From Basidiobolus meristosporus CBS 931.73 (Eukaryota > Fungi > Basidiobolomycota): a DNA stretch of 64,000 nucleotides. Where the stretch lies: NCBI GenBank assembly GCA_002104905.1, contig MCFE01000464.1, forward strand, positions 1 through 64,000. The letters run 5' to 3'. The translations under genes were made by a program, and so were the position numbers. Shown here piece by piece: positions 54,696 through 64,000 of this stretch. The notes beneath the pieces were generated by a model. That model was not told the origin of the DNA, ran no database searches, and worked only from the letters and a program-made list of their open reading frames with translations. Every line of letters starts with the position of its first letter. The stretch's first letter is position 1.

Positions 54696-55482
54696 ATACC
54701 ACTCGCTAACGAGATAAAATCCCATCGGTTTCATTCAACCTTTGGTACTTGGGCTACCTGATTGAGTAGCAACCCGACCTTCATGAAACATGCATCTTAG
54801 AGCTTCCTAACAATTTTGTGTCTTGGCCTGTAGGGCTTCTATTTCTATGTATTTCATAATTCTTAGTTTTCTTTGCCACTTCTGGCACTCCACCCCATAC
54901 ACACGTTTTCGTAACCTCTACTGTCAATTAAATCCTAGGGAATGAACCACTACGGCTGATTGGAGTAGGCATTGGTGAGATACTGGCGTCACTTGCATAG
55001 AATTCCACCTGACTGAACATTAGACTGGTTCCTTGAGGGGAACCCAGTGGGGAAAATTAGGTAGTTGTCTCGTGGTCACCATGGCTTTGGATATTCTATT
55101 TGCCGGGTGGTAATATGATTGAAGCCAAATTCACAATGCTCTTGGATAATCCAGTGGACATCACCACCAGCCCAACCGATTCCACTCCGTTCGCAATGAA
55201 TCTGGCCATTCCACTGTACCAATAAATGTGGGATATCCAGATACGTGATGCTTACCAAACCTAACCAGTAATGCTGACTGAAATATCCCCTCAAATAGTC
55301 TAATCTTGTGAATCTGAGGACCGTGGGTAGCTGTGGATTGGCTTGACGGCAATGTTATTAAATCACTGCTTGTTAACAAGTCGGCTAGCAGAGTTATGTC
55401 ATAGCCGATCGTGACGGTGTGTCCACCTCACCGCTTCCAAGCCTATTCCTGGGCTTGGCCAACGGTTTGAGCCACATTGGTC

Positions 55483-55489
55483 TATATAA
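55483..55489 (+). promoter_or_regulatory. TATA box of the small secreted protein gene
   Basis: TATATAA about 30 nt upstream of the ATG at 55520. Confidence 0.45.
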
Positions 55490-55519
55490 GCATTAAAGGA
55501 GGTTCGGCTTCCCCAAACC

Positions 55520-56029
55520 ATGCATTTCTTTTCTCTCCTTGCCACATGTTTGATAGCAGCCAAAGCTGTCTTTGGTTGCGGATGTTACGGACCCAACTCA
55601 TGCTCACTTACAACCAACCAAATGTGCAACAGAGGCCTTCCAACGAGCAATCCAGACTGTCAATGTGACTGCTGTCCCCCCTGTAATACTTGCGATCAGC
55701 TCCTCAGTGGATGCCACGCTAAGCTACTAAATTATACTGATATATATTTCGAGTCCCCAATTAGTTCGCTTCATCTGGACTCACCCATCCCCGTGACATA
55801 TCTGAAATCCAGGCGAGATATGAAGGGATTTTATTTCGGTGAGGCATGCGTAACCCCCACTCTTCCCAAAGGATTAACCATCCAACTGGCAAACCAATCC
55901 GACCCACTATCGGAGTACGCGTTAATGGGCACTCCTACAGAATTATCGGGACTGGCGAACTATACGGTTATCTTGCGCGGGTCAGTGAATACCCTGGCCG
56001 CCACACACTTCGAGCTCCAAGTAGCTTAG
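55520..56029 (+). CDS. Small secreted protein: Cys-rich N-terminal module plus He_PIG/putative-Ig-like domain, intronless
   Basis: Signal peptide (about aa 1-19), 11 Cys in aa 20-65, then PTLPKGLTI..LMGTPT..G..NYTVI matching the He_PIG consensus LPxGL..ISGTPT..GxYxFTV. Confidence 0.75.
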   Translation: MHFFSLLATCLIAAKAVFGCGCYGPNSCSLTTNQMCNRGLPTSNPDCQCDCCPPCNTCDQLLSGCHAKLLNYTDIYFESPISSLHLDSPIPVTYLKSRRDMKGFYFGEACVTPTLPKGLTIQLANQSDPLSEYALMGTPTELSGLANYTVILRGSVNTLAATHFELQVA

Positions 56030-59000
56030 CATCTATTCCAGAATCACACCCGATACCCCCAATGTATGTTCCCCAAATATCTCCCAATTTTATATAAAGC
56101 CCCAGTCAGAAAAAGTTCCCTCGTATCCAATGTAGCAGCCATCTTCCAACCAGGCTGAAACTCCCTGAGCTGAAGGCCAGTGATTTCTGAACAGGAGCGA
56201 TTGATAGGGAAGGGTCAGATGAATTGAAAGGCGCAGACCTATGTCCATATCACAGAAAGAATCCCGGGCTTTGCTTCCGGAGACCCTCCATGGAAAGATC
56301 GCCATTAATAGCCCCGCACTGCATTCCTGCACTGGCCGCACGGAGGAGGTGGCAACATGTTTGAAGATCCTCAATTCCAAAATCGGGTGCATGACCCTGA
56401 GACACAGTTCCCATTTCGCCTGTATATAACATTCCTGCTTGGCTGTTGCAACCATTCAATCATTTTGAGGTCAAGAAAGCTAGCTCCCTCACATAAGGTC
56501 AGATTAAACAGTTTGGTGAGGTCAAGTGGCATGTGATCTAGGTTTCAGATTATGACCACAGCAGTATTGGTGTTTCCATCTAATAACCCGACTGTACTGA
56601 GTCAACATTTATGTCATCCATCCATTTTCCCAGTCACGGCGCCAACCACTTCATAGAACTTCCTCATTGGAACCCTGCTTAGCCACAGACTCACGGAATC
56701 AGGCATACACACTGTGGAGCATTGATGGTTAACTTCTCGGAAGCTTAAACCTCCCCAATGGAGGGGACATCCATCCAAGCGAGTCTGCGAGACACATGGA
56801 CAAGTTACTTGAGCTCATACCCACCAAGCTTGGGCGCTGAGAGATGCTGGGTTTCATATCCAGAGACGAATGATCGCATTGTTAACTGGGCGATTGATCA
56901 TGTCGCATTGAGCTCCGCCTGCTTGGCCTGGACCACTCAATCGATTGATTCATGCCATGAGCTTACAGATAGTCCATTGACTGGATCATTCCAGAAAGGT
57001 TCCCAGTGACCAGACTATTGCGAGCATGAATGTGTATTTGGTATACAGATATTCAGGTATACATCTATTTTTACAGCACGATAATGTGTCTCTGCCACAT
57101 TTACATGGTATATGCAACTCGAATTCTTGGATGTAACTGCTTGGCTTGGAGTGAAGCGCACGAACCAGGCGAGTATCGCACTAAGCAGCAACACTTCAAT
57201 GATACGGATTTGTACCGTATTTTCACCCGGCTCATTAACATATAGTGCTATTTATCTTGCACTAAAGATAATCGAGCTGTTTGTGACTGAGGCCAAATAC
57301 ATCCGACCAAATGGATTTGCCCAGTCTCTTTCTCCTGCGCGCAAGAATGTATGGGTGCAAATTCTGGCAAATGCTAATACCAGAAAGCCGTGATTCAAAA
57401 GATTGGTTGGCACATGCTTACTCTCTGGACTAATCAATGCGCTGCTATCAAAGTGTAATCCTATCAAAGTTAAGCAATACAGAATCAATGCTGAATCGCT
57501 ATATTCCATGGCTCGACAATAACATTGATGGTGGAGACAGGCTATACTTGGCTCTCTTAATACTGGCTTTTGGCTGATGCGGTTTTGGCAATCTGGTGGA
57601 CCTGGACATTGGTATAAAAGGTGACTTTGGTTTGGAAGTATTTGCTATCTTGACTTCAGGCTTAACCCCGTCTACATCTGCATTGATTGGCTTTTGCCTC
57701 TTTTTCAAACTCCTTAACCAGTGACTCCTCTGGTGCTCATACTTTTGCTGAAGGTTAATTAGGATGTTTCTATCTGAAATCCAGACATTCCTTAACTCTA
57801 GTTTGTGCTAACCTATATAATTCACTGTACCCTACTTTAAGTTCATTCCAATCCCACACTCCAACAATAACTCCGTTAAGATCTGCCATTCAATGAGTGC
57901 TTCAACCTAATATCCTTCCCCTCTCCCCTTAGTAAGAACCCAACAGGTTTATATTGTTGTTTACGTACCTATTTTCATATATCCTGGGCTTCTGCCAGCA
58001 CAGCCAAGCTCAGTACTTCATCTGCCAGCTTTGCAATAGATCTCCAAAATATTCAGGTGCTTTCTCTTTGACACTGCTTAGGAAGAAAATCAGTATTAAC
58101 TTGATGCACTTACTACTGTTCCAAAATCCCCCATTGGCATTTTGATAAATGTTGTGCTTTTCAATGTTGCTACCTGATTCACTAGCTGGATCACCACTGT
58201 GTGTTGTATCCAAGAGAAAAGTGTAATAATACTCTTGAATGGTTTAACTGAACTAAAGGGACAGTTAAATGCAGAATCTTGAAATTGTCAGAGAGTGGAG
58301 GAAATATTAGCAGAGAGTTTCTGGTCTAATATTGGTTTTGTATATAGCTGGGCTTGGCTATAAGGGCAACAGAGTTGGTTTGCTATGCAGGCTAGGCTTG
58401 GTATTCTTGAGAGTGCTAGATATACTAGGCTTGGGTGGAAACTAGAGCAGAATTGTTGAATTCTTGATTTTGCTGAGACACAATCTTAATTTTGCTGAGA
58501 CAAACACCAAACCAAAAGGTTCAGTAAACCTTATATATACTTTCTGATCAAGTGGACTTGGTAAGCATTGAGAGACTGGTTTAATTGAGATCAATTTAGG
58601 TGCTATTAGGTGCATAAGATAAAGGAGAATTGCATTAGCAATCAGATGATGTTTTGGCAACTACTAAGTGGTTGGATAGACATCAGATGACTAATTGTAT
58701 AGGAAGGCTTAGTAGATAAGTTGATAGCCCAATGGTCACCTGAAAATTGTTCTGGTGTGACAGCTAGAAATAGACTAAGAGGTGGGATAAAATAAACCAT
58801 AACTGGGATTAGTTGTGTTTGGGTTAGAGAAAATCAGTTAGGGTACTGGATTTTCTAATGTAGTAAAATTTGCCAAGTTTCTAAATGTTGGTTTACAATA
58901 CTATGTCTACAACAGAGGAGATGGAAGCTGTGGTAAAAGCAACAAAGATATCCCAATGCCCATTGAATTCACTGAAGTACCATTTTTCTACCTGTACTTC

Positions 59001-59311
59001 AAGCTCATTCTGAAAATAGATGGGGTCAAGTAAGCAATACTTTCCAAATATTTTAGATTTCAGATTGTTTATGGTCCAGCATATAAATTCTTCCAAAGTC
59101 TAGCTTTTATTTAGTACTTCTCTGCCTCTGCCTTTGGTGGACTTTGTTTTGTTTCCCTACCCCTTTACTAGTACCAGAACAATCACTGCTATAATGACCA
59201 GGTGCCACTTGTTGCATGCATGTTCCTTGATTCACACTGTAGCAATGCTTCTGTCTCAGCCTGCACTTCCCTAGCCTACTTAACTCTTGCTACTTGATTT
59301 AGCTACTAAAG

Positions 59312-60302
59312 ATAATTTGGTCCCCCAAGTAGATCCAATCTAGACCAGCTGTGAGATCCCACAATAAGGATGTAATAATGTCAACAGCTTGAAATTCTTG
59401 ACCCTCTTCACAGTGATATGGTGGAACTGTTATGGTGTTTTCCTTTTTGACCACAAAATATAGTAATAAACCTGTAGTGTTTTATGGTCTTATTGAAGGG
59501 CTTGCATAGTATTGAGGTGGTCCTAATGTGGTCTGCACTTAACTGAGCAGACCTAACCATTCATTACATAAGGTTGCCCAATAAGGTAATAAGCTTAATG
59601 GTGTTTTGGCAGCTTTCATGTGGACCTCAGTGGGCACCATTGTGGTAGTATTGCAGACTGCAGCTAGTCCTGTATAATGGTACCATTCCAAGTTACCCAA
59701 CAGTAATTCATTTTCTACCTCCCCTTATGCCATTTGTATATTTGCTGTGAACTCACCCCCTTTAGTTAGCTTACCCATTACTACCATAGGTAGTCCACAC
59801 ACCCTATGAAAAATAATTTGGTCCCACAGGTGGATCCAATCTGGACCAACTACTGAGATCCCACAATGAGGCCATCATAATGCTGGCAGCTTAGAATTAT
59901 TGACCCTCCTTACAATCTTATGATGGGAATGAGACAGTGTTTTGCTGAGTCTACTGCTTAACAGAAAAATACTCAATGGTGTTAAATAGTCCTTTGACAG
60001 GATTTTGATGGCATTCTTACAGTTCTATAGCAGCCTACACTTATTTGAGCAGACCCAACTGGCCAGTATATCTAATTGCCCTATAAAGAAAAACTTGATA
60101 GTATTGTATTAGCCTTGATGCAGACATCTGTTGGCATCATAATGGCAGTATGGCAGTGTACAGCTAGTACTGTATAACACTAGCATACCAATTTACCAAA
60201 TGGTGTTTCCTTTTGCTACCTCCCCTTGAGCCATTCATTTTTACTATTGTGGAATCACCCCAGCTTATATGTTTACCCACTACTACTATGGGTATTCCAC
60301 AT
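59312..60302. repeat. Diverged tandem duplication with a unit of about 501 bp
   Basis: ataatttggtccc at 59312 and 59813, with shared blocks throughout (ggatccaatct.gacca, gagatcccacaat, cagctagt.ctgtataa, ctacctcccctt, ttaccca.tactac); roughly 70% identical by eye. Confidence 0.85.
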
Positions 60303-61314
60303 ATAGTTTAAATCAAAAGAAGACTATAACCTCCTGCTTACTAACCTTGACATATGAGCACACCAACTTCAATTGATACACTTCTATCACCTCAACTCTA
60401 TGGCTTTTCAGTGTGATACTTGCAAAATTGCCATATACCTTGTATTGCAGGTAACATATACATCTTGCAAACACATGCTTGGTAGCTGCCACATATGTCA
60501 TGAACACCTCTTGAATATCTACAAAGACCTTTTGGTACTTAGACACAATATTCTTTCTCCAAGCTGAGCTCTAGTTCCCCCTATAGGTACACTCTGGTTC
60601 TTATTTGTATGAATTCTGTATTGGATTAGGTAGTAACCAGCTTGTACCCTGGAGAAACCCAGCATACTTTGGTAAAGTTGTCCTAATAGGAATTAGTTGC
60701 TTGTAGTGTCCAACCCAACCTTGCATTACTTGATTGATTACCCATACATTAGGGCTGCTTAGCTTCTTAATGGCAAAGGTATAGATGTGTCCATGTGCAC
60801 ATCACTCCTCAGTATCTTCCAACTCTTCCTGATTGTCCTCCATGTGCCAACTCATCACATCTGTAACAGACTTGAAGGTATATTTATGATGAGATTGGGA
60901 TATGGAGGTACTTTCAACTTGTTTGCCTTCCTATTTCCCCTTACATCAGCTTCATAGGAAACTCCCAAAATGTGAAGCAAGGTCCAGTATTCTCAACACA
61001 CAGAGCAAGCTGGAGTAGAGAATAGATGCAGTAGTGGAATAGATCTACACATTCAGCTTTAGTTTGTAGTATAGCTGCTAAATCCCAACACAAACTCCTT
61101 GCATAAAAGCTGTAGATGCATCAGGTTGGCAATGGTGATCTGCTTCTGGATTAATGTTCCTAAATTGCCAACATACAACTACAAATATTTCTAATACACT
61201 ATGAGTAGATATTGCTTCAGAATGCCACTTGAATATACACAAATCCAGTACATGCAGTCCTTGCATTTGTATTGCTGTATATCAGTATGAATATTGATTG
61301 GAGCTTGTGAGAAA

Positions 61315-61422
61315 TGCTGTAAGAGTCTTGGAGATATTGGAAATGATTGGGAGAACAAGTAGATTGTGTGAGTTTCACTTAATGATTTATTGAATGCAAA
61401 AGTAGTATATATACTTTTACAT
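61315..61422. mobile_element. Fragment of the same copia LTR family as 646-994
   Basis: tgctgtaagagtcttggagatattggaaatgattgggagaacaagtag...aaagtagtatatatacttttacat aligns without gaps to 646-753. Confidence 0.85.
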
Positions 61423-62894
61423 AAGACTGTTGATAAATAATGCTCCTCAGATTTCACAAAAAACTTGGTCAAAATTTGTCATCACAACATTACAAAAGTG
61501 GCTTTTGATTGGTTCTCTGCCAATTTTCTCACTTTCTGATCCCAGACACTCTATTGCCTCCTACATTTGTGTGCATTGATTGGCTATTGCCTCTTTTTCA
61601 CACTCCTTACTTCCTGACTCAACAGTTTCTCTTGCTTTTTATGTGTACAAATTGATTCATTTGTGTTGTAGTGGGGTCACACTGACACCCACAGGCAGAT
61701 GTGCTCATTCCCATATGTTCACTTCCCTAAAAAGGATTACCCCCCCTATATTAGTATCATCCCAAATTGCAATATTTTCTATCTGTCTATGTGATTATTA
61801 CTATGCAACCTTGGAAACTATTTGTCACTATTAACCCATTGCACAAGCTATTCTTATTCCATGCCAAGATGCCAAGATACAAAAGTTACCATATAAGGCA
61901 AGTACCCCCAACAGTGCCTATGTTATGTGACCATCCTGGTTTCATAACCATCCTATCCTACTACCATATGAAGTAACTACATGACAGAGGTCTCATATTA
62001 CCACTATCTGATTGGTTGGGTGCTACTATGTCTTAAGGAACAATCCGCCAAGAATTTGAGCTATTTTTAGTACAAAATGACATGATTGGCTGCCTACTAC
62101 CTTCTGGAAACTTCCAGAAAGTATTTTCTAGCAAGAATTTGAGCAGAAAAAAAAGTATATAAGGGAGGCTATCCCTTAGAATAAATCATCCCTCTTCCAA
62201 TATTCCGACTTATTGATTAGTGAGATACCACTACCTATTACCACCACTTTCTGACTCAGACCTGACAATACTCCCAGGAAACCGTGCTGATAGCCAACTG
62301 ACCTTGGAGGCACTACTTGTGAGGAATACTCAGAGTAGGTATATTTTATTATATTTGATTGTTTTCCCAAGTTTGTTCTTGTACAGGCAAAGATACTTTT
62401 CAGTCTTTGTAACTATTGGTCAAAGCTGCATTCTTATTAAGTCCCTGTTGGTGGAGTTTACAGTTGTTTTGACTTTGGAAGCATTAGTACATTGTCATCT
62501 CAAAGGATGTCAAAGCCATTATAAACTTTTATTAAGATGCCAACTAAGTTGGGGATTGTAGTTCAATAGTTTTCCCTTGACAAGCTTGAGGCTTTATCTC
62601 CCTTCACATTAGATTAGACAAAAGACCCAGCATTCCTAGCAAGCTATTGCCAGAGGTTATTGCACCCAGTGAACACCCCACACACATTCACACTTGAGAA
62701 GTGTTGGCTGTATTTTGCTCTTTGGACTTATAGACCACCACAGCATCAAAACTTCAGTTGTACCTCAATTGCCAATTGTATTGGCCTGTGCAAGTCCCTA
62801 TACCCTACACTAACATTAAGCCCAACCCCACCCTTAACAAGTAACTCCATTAAAATCCACCACTCAACAAGTATTTCTGCTGTTACACTCTGTT

Positions 62895-63982
62895 TCATGA
62901 CTCCAGAAGGAACCAAGTAGCTTTATGCCACTGTTCATTTACTGGTTCCCACAAATGCTGGTCTTCAGCTGCCACTGCAAGGTCTAGCACCTCATCTGCC
63001 AGTATTTGCAATAAATCCTTGCAATATTCAAGTATGATTTCTTGAGCACTACTCTTTGAGAAGTGCTGCAACCTCTTGGTGTGCCTATTAATGTTCCAAA
63101 ATTCAACAGAAGGCATTGTGATAGTCTTTCAAGCTCTTGACATTGTAGCCTTGTCTGTTAGTGGGATCTCCACTCTGTCAGCAATAGAGGATGCAGAGGC
63201 TGTGGTAGACAAACCCTTTCTCTGAAAACTCATCTATCTTGCTGGAGTGTAGCTCAATTGCCTGTGCTTCCAACTCTTGTGAAAATAGCTGTTTTCTTGT
63301 TGGTAATTCTTGTTGGCTATGATGGGGTTCAGTCTGTTCCAGGATTATGGCCTTAACTGCAAGGACAGCAGTTTTTTCTGTATGCTTCCCTGTCTCAGGC
63401 TTGGGTAGACATTTTCCCCTTTACCTTTTCCTTTATCACTGCCAGGTCCTTCACTGCTACTTTGTCTGAGTGCTTCTTGTAATGAACTACATTTTCTCCT
63501 TAATAAAAGCTGCTCTGATGTATCTGTTTGGCCTGCTTGTCCCTTGCTGGCACCCTCCTGGCAACTTTACAATTGTTTACCACTGGTTTGGAGCTGACAG
63601 CTCTAGTAGTGACAGGCTCCAGAGAAAGCCGCTAGTTTTTGGCACTGCCAGGGCCTTCACTGCTACTTTGACTGAGTGCTTCTTGAGCTGTACTATGCTT
63701 TTTCCTTAATAAATGTTGTGCTGGTGCATATGTGTCTGCCTGCTTGTCCCTTACTGGAACTCTTCCAGCTACCTGATGTCTCTTTGATGCTTGCTTGGAG
63801 CTTTCAGCCCTGCTTATAGCAGGCTCTTGAGGGAGCTGCTGGTTTTTAGCCATGGCACCCTTTTTCTTCTGCCTTTTATAGTTTCTGCTATTCTTAAGAT
63901 ACTTTCTTAGCATGCCAATGCTGGCCCAAAATCTGTTGGCCCATTTGAGTCCAGGATAATGCTCATGGAACAAGTCAAGCAC
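62895..63982 (-). pseudogene. Decayed ORF, probably transposon-associated; runs off the window end
   Basis: HYPGLKWANRFWASIGMLRKYLKNSRNY followed by a low-complexity linker and further stop-interrupted segments, inside CpG-depleted DNA. Confidence 0.35.
63437..63767. repeat. Direct repeat, two copies of about 125 bp, offset 206 bp
   Basis: cactgccagg.ccttcactgctactttg.ctgagtgcttcttg...cctgcttgtccctt.ctgg at 63437 and 63643. Confidence 0.9.
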
Positions 63983-64000
63983 ATTTTGCGTGGCCTTAAG

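Larger units (their letters stand above)
57750..64000. mobile_element. CpG-depleted block of nested, decayed transposon sequence
   Basis: Only about half a dozen CG dinucleotides by eye in about 6 kb, no intact gene, internal duplications and a copia LTR fragment. Confidence 0.7.

Noticed and set aside
60640-60780. VINQVMQGWVGHYK resembling a group II intron maturase (GIIM) motif
   Set aside because: Isolated weak similarity with no RT motifs (YADD/YxDD) nearby.

Overview
Eukaryotic, intron-containing fungal DNA (GT-AG introns of about 50-100 nt). The gene mix (Zn2Cys6 factor, 7TM-RGS, proteinase-K subtilase, retained CMTR1-type cap methyltransferase) points by inference to an early-diverging fungus, Basidiobolus/Zoopagomycota- or Mucoromycota-like. 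There are about 16 intact genes: SNG1/YhgE-like membrane protein, Zn2Cys6 TF, a conserved TM+coiled-coil protein, NCS6/CTU1, SEC1, POP4, an ankyrin protein, CMTR1-like, a GYP5/EVI5-like TBC protein, MIX23, a subtilisin, ATG15, a tandem histone-fold-like protein, 7TM-RGS and a small secreted Cys-rich/He_PIG protein. Between them lie several decayed genes, clearest an AVT2-like transporter and a lipase-3-GTPase fusion. Both ends (1-1000 and about 57.8-64 kb) are CpG-depleted transposon debris sharing one Ty1/copia LTR family. No tRNA, rRNA or CRISPR array could be supported. All family calls come from motifs recognised by eye; no database searches were run.
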